A DNA stretch of 64,000 nucleotides from Cyanophyceae cyanobacterium. Its GTDB lineage: Bacteria; Cyanobacteriota; Cyanobacteriia; Cyanobacteriales; JBHJGN01. The translations under genes were made by a program, and so were the position numbers. The notes below the pieces were generated by a model. It was not told where the DNA came from, made no database searches, and worked only from the letters and a program-made list of their open reading frames with translations. The stretch covers positions 32,001 to 96,000 of the forward strand of contig JBHJGN010000022.1 in assembly GCA_050331735.1 (NCBI GenBank), read 5' to 3'. Below are positions 1 through 10,241 of this stretch, piece by piece. Numbering within the stretch: position 1 is the first letter of the stretch; the number at the start of each line of letters is the position of its first letter.

Positions 1-7
1 CGTTTAT

Positions 8-847
8 CTAGTCGTAGACGCTTCCATCCGGCAAAATGGCCCCGTACAGATTCGCTCCGGTCAGTTTAACCATGATTCTGTCTCCTGAACCAATCTTAGC
101 GCCTTTTAAATTAGCTCCGCCAAGATCAGCGCCACTTAAATCAGCACCAATAAGGTTTGCTTCCTGTAAATTTGCGCCCTGGAGGTTCGCCTGAAGCATA
201 TTCGCCCGAAACAGATTCGCCTGAGACAAATTAGCTTCTTGCAACACAACCTTGTGCAAAAAGCTATCGCTCAAATCTGCCCCGCTGAGATCGGCTCTAG
301 ACAAGTTTCTCCCCGAAAAATCTTTTTCTTTTAAGTCCGCTCCTTTCAGGTTTACTCCACTCAAATCTGAGTCGCGAGGTTGTGTTTCCTGAGCGGGACG
401 CTCTGGTTCGGAGCGCGTCTGGTCTGAACCGTAAGCTCGTTGAGAGGGCGGTTGCCGATACGAACTGGATGTTCGCTGACGAGGGGGCTGCTCAGAATAG
501 GCATGAGTTGAGTAAGTTCTGGCCTGCTGACGTGGACGCGGAGGGGGGGAGGGAGGCTTTCTCTGATGCTGGGACGCTGTTGAGGGTCGAGGAGAGGAGG
601 AACTGCCATTGCGACTTTTGCCGCGGGCTCGCTTAAGCGATCGCAACTGCTCCCGCGCCTGGTTAATCTCCTTTAGTTTACTGACGGCTTTTTCAATTAA
701 TCTAGTATTATCCTTGGGGATGCGGTCTGGATGCCAAATAAATACTAAGTCTTTATAAGCCTGATTGATTTCTTCTAGAGAAGCTCCTGGCTCCAGCTCC
801 AGCACTCTATAGCATTTTTCAATCTCTTTCATGTACGCTTTTGCCAA
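8..847 (-). CDS. DnaJ (J-domain) protein with C-terminal pentapeptide repeats
   Basis: N-terminal J-domain with HPD motif (WHPDR), a low-complexity linker, then A(D/N)L pentapeptide repeats. Alternative start is ATG at 832. Confidence 0.9.
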   Translation of the reverse strand: MAKAYMKEIEKCYRVLELEPGASLEEINQAYKDLVFIWHPDRIPKDNTRLIEKAVSKLKEINQAREQLRSLKRARGKSRNGSSSSPRPSTASQHQRKPPSPPPRPRQQARTYSTHAYSEQPPRQRTSSSYRQPPSQRAYGSDQTRSEPERPAQETQPRDSDLSGVNLKGADLKEKDFSGRNLSRADLSGADLSDSFLHKVVLQEANLSQANLFRANMLQANLQGANLQEANLIGADLSGADLGGANLKGAKIGSGDRIMVKLTGANLYGAILPDGSVYD

Positions 848-1444
848 ACTCGCCTGCGCTCAATCACGGTTCTATCAGCTAGACTGACCGCCCTATTTAT
901 TTAAAATCCCTCTAGCCTGATTTTAGTTTAGAACCTCATCATTCCAGAATAGGTTTTGCTTGACTCGTCCGAAATATTAAAAAAAATTATTGCTTTTGGC
1001 ATCCTGCTTTGATTTTGTATCGTCAAGGCCCAATGCCAGTTTACTTTAGCTCAAGCGCTCCAGTCGTTAGACAAACCACAATTGGGAAAAAAACTAGAAC
1101 GTTCGGTTTCGTGGTCCCGAAAGTGTCTCTATTGATGTTGTTTGGGTAACTATTTTTCTACTCCAAAGAGGGTTGTCCATTAGGCTTCGGAGGTAATATC
1201 ACCTCAAGCTTTTCAAGGTTAGCCGCGCGACTAAAATCTACATTTTGGCGATGTTATTCATTAGCAGACTAGGTTTAATCAGTCCTTTCAGTCTAAAGCG
1301 ATTATCAGCATCCGTAAGACTTGCTAAATCTAGGTCATTTAAATTGCGTTGATAGAAGATTTCTGTTGTCTAACAGCGGCGTTTTCTATCAGAAGCTTAA
1401 TATTTCGTCTATAGTGAAAGGGTGTGAGGAAATTGAAAAATTAA

Positions 1445-2470
1445 ATGTTTATCAAAGTCAGAAATCTAGGATATCTGTGCTTACTTATTTTCAGTGCTGT
1501 TATTGTTTCGTTTGATTTGTACTATCGTGTTTTTCTGGGTCAGAACTTAACTCCTTCAGCAGGCGCAGCGATGATTCCTCAAGAGGCAACAGTGGTAGCC
1601 TATATAGCTAGCGATCCTTATCAGTGGACGCAGCTCAAGTCTTTTTTGCCTCTTACTGTTCAAGAGGCATTGGTAGAAACTTACAGGTCTTGGTTAAAAA
1701 AGATCGTTATTGTGAGCAGAACCAACTATAGAAAATCTGTTCAGCCTTGGCTGGGAAATTTAGTCTTTGCTTTTATTCCTGCTCAATCTTCTCAAAATAC
1801 TGACGGCAATCATTTTTTGATTGTTGCTGGAATCAAGAACAAAATCCAAGCCTATACCTTTGGTAAAACGATAGAAAACGACAGCAAATTACAGAAAAAC
1901 TTTGAAACCTATAAAAAATTTCCTGTTGTTGAAGTTTCCGACCTTCAAAGCACTATTTTTTTAGCCTTAGTCAATAACAAGCTGTTGGTTTCTGATAGCC
2001 ATCGAGTTGTTGAACGCGCCATAGAAACGTCGCAAAGCAACCAATCTTTTCTGAATCGAGAAGACGCTAAGGCTTTTTTCTCTCAGCAAGAAACAAAAAA
2101 CCTAATGGCTCGAGTTTATGTTCCTGTTTATGCCCAGCTACATCAAAGTCTACTCGATTTGGTCTCTGAAAGCGGATCTAAATCTGAAATACAGATGGCA
2201 GAAGTCGAGTCAGTTTTTGTCGGAGTCACGGTTCATCATGTAGAAGTGCAGCTTGATGTACTTGCCAACCTCAATACAGAAGTAACGAAACAGAAATGTC
2301 AAGCGATCGCCCGCAGAGTTTCTCGACTGCTCGAGGCAGAATTATTGCTTGACTTTGCCTCTCAGGGAGGAAGCTTGGTCGGGTCAGAAGCCGTCATCGA
2401 AGCAAGCGATCGCTGTTCCCTCCACAAATCTCTAAAAAACGACCGGCACAGCTTGTCTCCCTTCAGCTAA
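1445..2470 (+). CDS. DUF3352-like membrane-anchored protein, possibly shortened
   Basis: N-terminal hydrophobic anchor; segments 'GAAMIPQEA', 'YRKSVQPWLG' and 'VVERAIET' resemble cyanobacterial DUF3352 proteins; AT-rich. Confidence 0.55.
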   Translation: MFIKVRNLGYLCLLIFSAVIVSFDLYYRVFLGQNLTPSAGAAMIPQEATVVAYIASDPYQWTQLKSFLPLTVQEALVETYRSWLKKIVIVSRTNYRKSVQPWLGNLVFAFIPAQSSQNTDGNHFLIVAGIKNKIQAYTFGKTIENDSKLQKNFETYKKFPVVEVSDLQSTIFLALVNNKLLVSDSHRVVERAIETSQSNQSFLNREDAKAFFSQQETKNLMARVYVPVYAQLHQSLLDLVSESGSKSEIQMAEVESVFVGVTVHHVEVQLDVLANLNTEVTKQKCQAIARRVSRLLEAELLLDFASQGGSLVGSEAVIEASDRCSLHKSLKNDRHSLSPFS

Positions 2471-2494
2471 CGCTTACAGGGGTCTCTGGCCTCT

Positions 2495-4126
2495 CTAAAT
2501 ATCGCTGTAGTCATCTTCCTCATCAGATTCCTCATAAGCGGGGCAGTAGCCCTGCGGCGTTACTTTCAAGCCGTACAGGTGGGAAGCGGGATTGCGACAG
2601 TGTTGCTTACGGTAGTGCAGACAGGTTCCACAACAGTCGAGGTTAGCCAAAGCTCTGGCCTCATTGTTTTGGCTAATTAGCTCTCGCTGAGACAAGCCCC
2701 GCAACACTAATTCGTCGCCTTGCCAACGAGCCTCAATGACTCCGGTATCCGCTAAATTAGCCCAGCGCGGATCGCTACTAATCGCCTTTGTCAAGGTAAT
2801 TGTAATCGTTTCTACCTCATTAATCTCTCCATCGTAATAAGCTTGATGGGGAACAGCAGGCTGCAAAAAAGTACTGCCAACGGGTAGATTAACCAGGGTT
2901 CCCGCAGAAGGAGAATGAAGCTGGTAACGAGTTTGCAGCTCCTCCAGGCTCGTTAAATCGGCGAGATAAGCCGGGGAGCCATGAACAAACACAACGTGCT
3001 GAGGGCGCAGGTTGTGAATTAGCTGGGTGGTATTGCGTCCATCACTGTGTTCGGCCAACAGGTAAGTCTCGACCTCCAGATGAGACCTGCCCAAAAGCGG
3101 CTCAACGTCGAGAGTGCCTCTGGGGTGTTCGGGCAGCAAGACAAGCCACGAGTCTGAGGAGGAACAGTATTCTTGCAGATCGGCAGCGTTGCTGGTAATG
3201 ATAATGTGGGGTAACGGTCCTTGAGGTTGCGATTGAGGAGTGATTCTATGCATCCGCGGGCAAACCCGTTCATCCCAAAATAGGGGTTGATGTTGAGCAA
3301 AGTTCTGTACCGATGCCGGAAATTGGGACAGTAGTTGAAGGTAAATATCGCAAGCTTGAGCCACGTTACCCTCTACCCAAATATCGAGATCTCGCCCCGT
3401 AAATTGATGATGAGAGCGCAGCAGTTTGAGAATTTCTTGCCCGATACCCAACGTCGGGACTGGTAACAGTACATTTTGCCCGCCAAGCAGCGCTTGATGG
3501 ATTCTTTGCATGAGCTGTTTCTCCTGCTGACGGCGATGAACGTGCCGCGCTGTGCCGTAGCTCCCTTCAATGATGAGGACATCTGGGGCTAGTCCGCGTA
3601 AAGCTTCCACAGATAATCCTTCCACAAGCTGAAAGTTAGACAGGCAAAAGTCTCCCGTATAAAGTAGTGTGTAGGCCCGCTCAGATGATTGGTAGGTGAG
3701 CAGAATCGCCGCCGCACCCGGTAGATGCCCAGCCGGAAAGATTTCTGCCACCAGTCCTGGCTCTAGTTCAAGCGGAGATCGCCAGGGCAGAGCCTCACAC
3801 CACCCCGAAACAGACTCCACTGTTGGCCAATTCAGCGGCAGTAGCTCAATCGTGACGGCACTAGCATAGATAGGAACCGGCGGAAATAGTTCGTGGAATG
3901 CCAGTAGACCTCTAGCGTGGTCGTCGTGGGCATGGCTACAGAAGGCAAAAGAGGGCTGTTCTGCCCGTAGCGGCTGGGGATCTTCTAGGCCACAGTCTAG
4001 AAGAATCCGATGAGGCCCCATCTTGACTAGCAAACAGACCCCTTCCATTCCGTGACCAACGCCATAAGGAAAACAGGTCAAGTCGTGGGTCAGAGACGAT
4101 GCTGGATAGTTTTGACTCATAGCCAC
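2495..4126 (-). CDS. MBL-fold (beta-CASP-like) metallo-hydrolase with C-terminal Cys cluster
   Basis: LLDCG, HAHDDH (HxHxDH), AGHLPG, YTGDF and VHG motifs; C-terminal CCGTC...C...C. Confidence 0.85.
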   Translation of the reverse strand: MAMSQNYPASSLTHDLTCFPYGVGHGMEGVCLLVKMGPHRILLDCGLEDPQPLRAEQPSFAFCSHAHDDHARGLLAFHELFPPVPIYASAVTIELLPLNWPTVESVSGWCEALPWRSPLELEPGLVAEIFPAGHLPGAAAILLTYQSSERAYTLLYTGDFCLSNFQLVEGLSVEALRGLAPDVLIIEGSYGTARHVHRRQQEKQLMQRIHQALLGGQNVLLPVPTLGIGQEILKLLRSHHQFTGRDLDIWVEGNVAQACDIYLQLLSQFPASVQNFAQHQPLFWDERVCPRMHRITPQSQPQGPLPHIIITSNAADLQEYCSSSDSWLVLLPEHPRGTLDVEPLLGRSHLEVETYLLAEHSDGRNTTQLIHNLRPQHVVFVHGSPAYLADLTSLEELQTRYQLHSPSAGTLVNLPVGSTFLQPAVPHQAYYDGEINEVETITITLTKAISSDPRWANLADTGVIEARWQGDELVLRGLSQRELISQNNEARALANLDCCGTCLHYRKQHCRNPASHLYGLKVTPQGYCPAYEESDEEDDYSDI

Positions 4127-4211
4127 CTAACCACAGTGAACAGTGACCAATGACCAGTGACCCCAGGGATTCTGAAAACTGAAGCACTGGTTACTAATCG
4201 CGATTCACTGA

Positions 4212-4334
4212 CTAATGAGCGCAGCCATTGCCGTCATACTTGTCGGTGTCGTAGTAACCGTTTTTGGTGCCAAAAAAGAGAGCTGAAACAGTGAAGAGAC
4301 CCGTTAACACTACCATAATCAATTTGACATCCAT
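4212..4334 (-). CDS. ndhP: NAD(P)H-quinone oxidoreductase (NDH-1L) subunit P
   Basis: Manual translation gives MDVKLIMVVLTGLFTVSALFFGTKNGYYDTDKYDGNGCAH (40 aa): one TM helix plus the FFGTxNGxYDTDxYxGNGxAH tail of NdhP. GGAG RBS upstream. Below the ORF-track size cutoff. Confidence 0.92.
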   Translation of the reverse strand: MDVKLIMVVLTGLFTVSALFFGTKNGYYDTDKYDGNGCAH

Positions 4335-4525
4335 CGTGTAATCTCCTGCTAGTCTTTTAACTCTATAATACTGTCTCTTTCATCACTGCTTGTTTGTCTG
4401 CTAGAACTCGTTCACTGCCGAAATCAGACAGGCGGTGTTATTCCTTAGAAATGGGCGATAGCATCCATGGGGCAAGACCAGGCGGTCAGCTTTTATAGTA
4501 AAAGGAGAGTAACTTCGTTGAGCTA

Positions 4526-5356
4526 GTGTCTGAATTATCTTCTCGCCCAAAGACCAACAAAAACGTCCGCCCTTCATCCTTGCAGATGGTTTTCACCGAT
4601 ACCGCGACTGTTTTTTGGGGAGAATGGCTAGATTTGCGAGTGCGCCTGCTCCAGATCGCCGCAACGGGGCTAATTTCGCCACTGATCTATATTTTTGCCT
4701 TTGGCTTGGGTTTGGGGAGCGCCATTGATCGCGTTATTGAACCCGCAGCCGGAGATAGCTATTTGGAGTTTATTTTACCGGGAATGGTCGCGCTGTCCTC
4801 GATGACGATCAGTTTTGGAGGCACAACATTTTCTATCTGCGGTGATCGCCTTTATTCCAAAACTTTTGAAGAACTATTGCTGTTGCCCGTGAGTCCGCTG
4901 GCCCTATTTCTCGGAAAAATGCTGGCCGGACTGGTTCGGGGCGCGATGACCGCTGGTTCCGTCATTTTAGTGGCTGTTCTGTTTACAGGGAAAATCGGCA
5001 GCTTTCTCAACCCGCTATTTTTGTTAGTGCTGGTCTTAAACTGCGCTGTCTTTGCGGGTTTAGGGGTCATTATCGGTTTAAGAGTCAACTCTTTAGAAAC
5101 TGTCGGTTTGTACAATAACTTCCTGATTGTGCCGATGTCTTTTTTGGGAGCCACTTTCTTCGATCCGGTGACGTTACCCCTCGCCCTCAAAATCGTGGTT
5201 TTTTGTCTCCCACTAACCTATACCAGCATTAGCTTGAGAGCGGCAGCGTATCTACCTTTAGCTCAGTTTCCCTGGTATGCTATCCCGGTTTTGCTAGCGG
5301 TAGCCATTGGCTTCGCTTTAGTAGGAGCTTACCAGTTTTCACGTCAGCAAGACTAA
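4526..5356 (+). CDS. ABC-2 type transporter permease
   Basis: About six TM segments with YLEFILPG, FEELLLLPVS and PLTY motifs; no ATPase gene adjacent. Confidence 0.85.
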   Translation: MSELSSRPKTNKNVRPSSLQMVFTDTATVFWGEWLDLRVRLLQIAATGLISPLIYIFAFGLGLGSAIDRVIEPAAGDSYLEFILPGMVALSSMTISFGGTTFSICGDRLYSKTFEELLLLPVSPLALFLGKMLAGLVRGAMTAGSVILVAVLFTGKIGSFLNPLFLLVLVLNCAVFAGLGVIIGLRVNSLETVGLYNNFLIVPMSFLGATFFDPVTLPLALKIVVFCLPLTYTSISLRAAAYLPLAQFPWYAIPVLLAVAIGFALVGAYQFSRQQD

Positions 5357-5389
5357 CTCAACTTGGTTGTTGCGATGACAGCACAGCAA

Positions 5390-7636
5390 TTAGTGCGAGT
5401 TTTTGATAGCGATCGCTGGAGTTTTCTCCTTTTCTACAATTCGTCCAATGATTTCGCTTACCGGATATCCTGCTGCTTGCAGAGACTTCAAGCACTCAGC
5501 CGCCAGTTCTGCGGGAACTGATGCTAAAAGACCTCCAGCCGTTTGCGGATCGAATAACAGGGGATATTTGGGCAAGTCATTAATTTGGGAGCGATCGCTA
5601 ATGTAGCTGGACGCCCTCAGATTTTGTGACTGAAGCGAGCTAGTAATTCCCCTCTTGACCGTTTCTAAGGCTCCCTCTAAAACTGGAATTGCACTCATCT
5701 CTAGCTGCACCGAGACACCGGAAGCGTCGATCATTTCGGCTAAATGACCTAAAAGACCAAAGCCAGTAACGTCGGTACAGGCAGTAGCTCCGTAGTCCTG
5801 AAAAATAGCTGCTGCGGCTCGATTTGAGAGCAGCATGGATGATATAGCCCCGTCGATCCAGCGTCCCTTAGCCTGATAGCGCCTGTCCGCAGCCAACAGA
5901 GTGCCAGTTCCGAGGGCTTTCGTGAGCAGGAGGGCTTGACCGGGCTGCATGCCGCTCTTGCGCAGCAGACGTTCTGGCTGCACTGTCCCGTTGACCGACA
6001 GCCCAAAGGCCAATTCGATTCCTTCTGTTGTATGACCGCCGACAAGAGGAGTCTGAGACTGCTGTAACACCTCAGTTGCTCCCGCCAGTAGCTGGTACAG
6101 TGTTTCTTCTACCTTGGCTGCTGTTCCATAGGGAACCGTTACCACCGCTAGGGCACTGTGAGGAATGCCCCCCATCGCGTAAATATCGCTGAAACAGTGA
6201 TTGGTCGCAATTTGACCAAAGATAAACGGATCGTCGATCGGGCTCCGAAAATAATCTACGGTATGCATCATCAGCTCAGCATTAACCCGGACCACCGCAG
6301 CATCGTCAGGATGATTCAACCCGACCATCACCTCGGGAGAGGCAGCAACGGACAGCCGCTGTAGTACGCGGGCCAAAACAGTGCTGCCTACCTTAGAGCC
6401 ACATCCAGCACAGTACATTGGTTGAGGTATGGGCTTTTGTCCTCCCCATGATGCAGGACGCATTCCGATCCCTGACGGCTCCCCCATTTCCGGCAGCTCG
6501 CTGAAGCGGCGCATAAACTGGCGGTCGATGTGGTCTTTCCAGCGCCAGAGGAGCGGAGATTGCCAACTGAAGCCGTTCCAGGAGGCGATCGCGCTGCGGT
6601 CTCCTGTCCCGATTAGGCTCAAGTAGCGCTTTTGGGGGGTATAAGACCGCAGTGGTTTATCGGTTATAATGCGCCGCAGATTTTTAAACAGGGGTTTACC
6701 TTGACGAACCGCAAACACTCCTGCTTTCGGACGGGAATAGTTTTTCATAGTGGCAATATCGCCAGCGGCAAAAATATCAGGATGAGAGCTCTGAAGCCAC
6801 TCATTAACGGCTACAAAGCCTCGGTCGTCGGTTGCGAGACCCGAGGCGCGAATCCACCCGGGGGCAGAGGCTTGCGTAACCCAGAACACCCAATCGCACT
6901 CTACTGTCAGCCTAGACTCACAGACAACTTTATGAGGCCGAATTTCGCTAACGCTTTCTTGAAGATGAAGAGCAATTCCCCGCTGCTGTAAGATATGGTG
7001 CAGGCGACGGCTTACCGAAGTACTGTAGCCCGACAGCACCCTCGTACCGCGATGAAACAGATGAATTTGGGCAGCCGTTGCGGGCGTCGGTAATTCTTGA
7101 TGCAGGTGATGCTGCATGTTGAGGGCCAGTTCAACTCCTCCTGCACCGCCGCCAATCAGGCCAATGTTGAGAGAGCGCTGCGGATGTTTAGCTGCTGCCT
7201 GTAGCAGTTGATTCCAAGCGGCCAGAAAGCGAGGAACCGGTTTAGCCGGGATCGCGTAGTCGGCAGCACCGGTCACAGCGCTCTGAGCAGGAGTGCTGCC
7301 AATATCAATGGACAGGTAATCGAAGGCAACAGGAGGGCGCTGAGCACAGAGCACTTTTTTGGCGGTTAAATCTAACCCCACTGCCCGATCTAAATAGAGC
7401 TGCGCTTGGGCAAATCGAGCCAGACGACGTAAGTCGATGTGGGTTTCGTCGAAGCTATAGAAACCAGCAACGTGTCCCGGCAGCATGCCGGAGTAGGGAG
7501 TGTGGGTGGTGTCGGTAATCAGAGTTAGACGAACCCCCGGCAAGGGATGCATGCCAAATAGCTTGAGAACGATCGCGTGGCTATGTCCGCCACCGACGAG
7601 AACGAGATCCTGGGTGATCGGGGAATTCGACTGCAT
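5390..7636 (-). CDS. selD: FAD-dependent oxidoreductase fused to selenide,water dikinase (SelD-like)
   Basis: N-terminal GGGHSH, GGGAGG and FAAGD flavoprotein motifs; C-terminal CAGCGSK, DDAAV, GGHT, DVTGFGLLGHL and DPQTAGGLL SelD motifs. Confidence 0.9.
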   Translation of the reverse strand: MQSNSPITQDLVLVGGGHSHAIVLKLFGMHPLPGVRLTLITDTTHTPYSGMLPGHVAGFYSFDETHIDLRRLARFAQAQLYLDRAVGLDLTAKKVLCAQRPPVAFDYLSIDIGSTPAQSAVTGAADYAIPAKPVPRFLAAWNQLLQAAAKHPQRSLNIGLIGGGAGGVELALNMQHHLHQELPTPATAAQIHLFHRGTRVLSGYSTSVSRRLHHILQQRGIALHLQESVSEIRPHKVVCESRLTVECDWVFWVTQASAPGWIRASGLATDDRGFVAVNEWLQSSHPDIFAAGDIATMKNYSRPKAGVFAVRQGKPLFKNLRRIITDKPLRSYTPQKRYLSLIGTGDRSAIASWNGFSWQSPLLWRWKDHIDRQFMRRFSELPEMGEPSGIGMRPASWGGQKPIPQPMYCAGCGSKVGSTVLARVLQRLSVAASPEVMVGLNHPDDAAVVRVNAELMMHTVDYFRSPIDDPFIFGQIATNHCFSDIYAMGGIPHSALAVVTVPYGTAAKVEETLYQLLAGATEVLQQSQTPLVGGHTTEGIELAFGLSVNGTVQPERLLRKSGMQPGQALLLTKALGTGTLLAADRRYQAKGRWIDGAISSMLLSNRAAAAIFQDYGATACTDVTGFGLLGHLAEMIDASGVSVQLEMSAIPVLEGALETVKRGITSSLQSQNLRASSYISDRSQINDLPKYPLLFDPQTAGGLLASVPAELAAECLKSLQAAGYPVSEIIGRIVEKEKTPAIAIKNSH

Positions 7637-7732
7637 TAAAAAAGGGCGAGGAATTTACATTTTGTAATATTTTCAGCGCGAGAATCTCGTTAGCTTAAAG
7701 AAAATGCCGCACTAACCGTTGAGGTTAGAGTT

Positions 7733-8386
7733 ATGGAATCGCAACTGCCAAATCGAACCGTAGCTGGTCGCCTGCTGGCATCACAATTGACCAACTATGC
7801 GCATCGCTCTGATGTTATTGTACTCGCGCTGCCTCGCGGTGGTGTTCCGGTTGCTTTTGAAATTGCTCAGGAGCTAGGCGTAGCGTTAGACGTTTGCGTG
7901 GTAAGAAAACTAGGCGTTCCCGGCAAAGAGGAGTTAGCGATGGGAGCGATCGCCACCGGGGGGATCAGGGTTATCAACCAAGAAGTGGTCGATTGGCTGC
8001 ATATTTCCCCAGCAGAAATTGACCAGGTAGCAGCGGCTGAACAAAAAACGCTTCAGCATAGAGAGCAAATTTACCGAGGTGACCGCCTAGCCCTCGACGT
8101 ACGAGAGCGCACCATTATTCTCGTTGACGACGGCATCGCCACCGGTTCAACCCTGAAAGCTGCGATTACCGCTCTTACAGCGCAGCATCCTCAAAGCATA
8201 GTCGTGGCTGTTCCGGTTGCGCCTCTCTCCGTCTGTCGGGAGCTAGAAAGGGAAGTTGAAGAAGTCATTAGTTTGCTTGTCCCAGAAACATTCCGCTCCA
8301 TTAGCCTCTGGTATGAAGACTTTTCGCAAACCACCGATGAAGAGGTTTGCTCTCTCCTTGCCAATCGAGGGGGAGTCGCTCCATAA
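7733..8386 (+). CDS. Phosphoribosyltransferase family protein
   Basis: LALPRGGVPV and the PRPP-binding motif ILVDDGIATGST. Confidence 0.9.
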   Translation: MESQLPNRTVAGRLLASQLTNYAHRSDVIVLALPRGGVPVAFEIAQELGVALDVCVVRKLGVPGKEELAMGAIATGGIRVINQEVVDWLHISPAEIDQVAAAEQKTLQHREQIYRGDRLALDVRERTIILVDDGIATGSTLKAAITALTAQHPQSIVVAVPVAPLSVCRELEREVEEVISLLVPETFRSISLWYEDFSQTTDEEVCSLLANRGGVAP

Positions 8387-8408
8387 CGGAAAAAGGCCAG
8401 TGCTATCG

Positions 8409-8452
8409 GCACCGGGAAGAAGGGGTCTAAACTTCCCTATACTCCCCGGTGC
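8409..8452. terminator. Stem-loop between convergent genes
   Basis: GCACCGGG...CCCGGTGC inverted repeat between the PRTase and ChaB-fusion 3' ends. Confidence 0.55.
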
Positions 8453-8492
8453 AGAGCGCTTTATCTTTTCTCCATCCCGCGGAGGACTGAGT

Positions 8493-9260
8493 TTATGCGG
8501 TTACTTTCGGTTTAGACCAAACGCCATGCTCATCTTCTTCGTAGGTCTGATAAATCTGTTCCCAAGCAGCAAGCTCAGCTTTAGATATATCGTTGGTTTC
8601 TTTGAAGGTGGCGTTGTACTTGTCGATAAAAGTCTGTTGAGCTTCGTCTGAGAGATGGGAGCGAGCTTCAGGCGATAAATCTTCTGGTCCGCTACACTCT
8701 CCTTGGCAGGAGCGCGGCAACGGCGACTCAGATACGTGAATTTCTTCGCCTCCAGCGCTTTCCATCAGGAGTTGAAACTCTCCTGATTTTTCCGCAGACA
8801 CTTCGGCCATCACCACAAATTCGCCAGCCTTGAGGCGGGTTTCGTAGACGGCAGCCCGCTCTTCTGACATCCCCAGCGTTGAGAGCACCGATGCTAATCC
8901 GCCTCCAGCGCTACCGGCGATCGCTCCCGTTGCTGCTCCGAGCAGAATGGAACCGATCGGTCCAGCCGCAACCACGGACCCAACGAAGGGAATAAACAAC
9001 ACTCCTACACCCGTTAATAAGCTCAATAAAGAGCCAAACAGAGAGCCGAAAATCGCTCCGTTCCGCAATCCACCGAGAATGACATCTTTCTTGGTGATAA
9101 ACCCAGAAATCCGCGTCTGAGACTCAAAGTTTTTGCCCATCACCGAGATGTGGTCTCTGTCCACGCCCCGGTTAATGAGGCGACGAACTACGTCGTCTAC
9201 TTTGCCTTCCTCTTTGAAGATGGCGGTAACGGTTCGCTCAGCTCTGTAATCTTCAGCCAT
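8493..9260 (-). CDS. General stress protein (YflT/17M-like plus Gly-zipper) fused to a C-terminal ChaB domain
   Basis: Gly-rich TM hairpin (GAIFGSLFG...[12 protein letters not shown]); C-terminal ChaB-like segment [17 protein letters not shown]...AAWEQI...GVW. Confidence 0.75.
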   Translation of the reverse strand: MAEDYRAERTVTAIFKEEGKVDDVVRRLINRGVDRDHISVMGKNFESQTRISGFITKKDVILGGLRNGAIFGSLFGSLLSLLTGVGVLFIPFVGSVVAAGPIGSILLGAATGAIAGSAGGGLASVLSTLGMSEERAAVYETRLKAGEFVVMAEVSAEKSGEFQLLMESAGGEEIHVSESPLPRSCQGECSGPEDLSPEARSHLSDEAQQTFIDKYNATFKETNDISKAELAAWEQIYQTYEEDEHGVWSKPKVTA

Positions 9261-9272
9261 TCGTTACTCCTC

Positions 9273-9812
9273 CTATACACTAGCCGGAGTTTTGACTCCC
9301 TCATCTTCTCTTTGGCCGGTAGGAGCCAGAGATTCTCCTTCTAAGAACGAACGAAGCATCCAGGCCATCTCTTCATGTTCTTCTACTAAACCATTGATGA
9401 AATCTTGAGTAGCCGGATCGTTGTAGTCTTCTTCGCACTTGTGAGAGTGGTCGCGCAGGTTGCGAATAATCTGCTCGTGATCGTAAACGAGTCGCTCGAC
9501 CATTTCGTTGGCGGAGGGTAAGTCTCCAGGATGCTCTTTGATGGAGCCATGCTTGAGAAAACCATCAACGGTTCCTACCGGATAGCCACCAAGAGCACGA
9601 ACTCTTTCAGCAATATTATCGATGTTTAAGGTCATTGCCTCGTATTGCTCTTGCCACAGTTCGTGCAGAGTCCGAAACTGAGGACCAATGACGTCCCAGT
9701 GGTACTTCTTCGTTTTGACCACGAGGAGATAGAGATCGGATAAATCTTTATTGAGCAGATTGCAGACGCCTTGACGTTGTTCGTCGGTCAAGCCAATATT
9801 AATCTTATGCAT
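9273..9812 (-). CDS. dps: Dps family DNA protection / ferritin-like protein
   Basis: HWDVIGPQFRTLHEL and DNIAERVRALGG Dps signatures. Confidence 0.95.
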   Translation of the reverse strand: MHKINIGLTDEQRQGVCNLLNKDLSDLYLLVVKTKKYHWDVIGPQFRTLHELWQEQYEAMTLNIDNIAERVRALGGYPVGTVDGFLKHGSIKEHPGDLPSANEMVERLVYDHEQIIRNLRDHSHKCEEDYNDPATQDFINGLVEEHEEMAWMLRSFLEGESLAPTGQREDEGVKTPASV

Positions 9813-10241
9813 AAGAGCTCCATATCACTTTTACTTCACTCCTATTTGAACAAAGGAATGACCGATTTTACATCTATCCTCTGAAAGAGGCTCTCCTGAC
9901 TTTTCCCATTTTGGTCTAACTCGCGGCGTAGAACGAGCGCTTCATCGGCTCCAGCTAGATTGCAAACTCTTTGGCCGATGGAGTGGGGGGCTGTGTCGCT
10001 TGTAAACTGGGCGCTGCTGCCAACAGCTCTATGATGGCACCTTTGTTCCTCGGCAGCGAGACAGGACTCGTCCCTAGAGCTGCTTGCCAAGCACCAGAAA
10101 AATTTATATTATCTTAATAATTAGCAAAATCTCTTAACTTGAGCACAATCTGCTCCGAAGCTCAAGCTCACAGAAGAAATCTTAGAGAGGAGTCTAAATG
10201 ATTCCAGATATAGTGCCGTTTAGCAATCAGGGAAATCTCCT

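Noticed and set aside
637..644. HIP1 octamer GCGATCGC, recurring throughout the window
   Set aside because: A well-known cyanobacterial genome signature; used only as taxonomic evidence.
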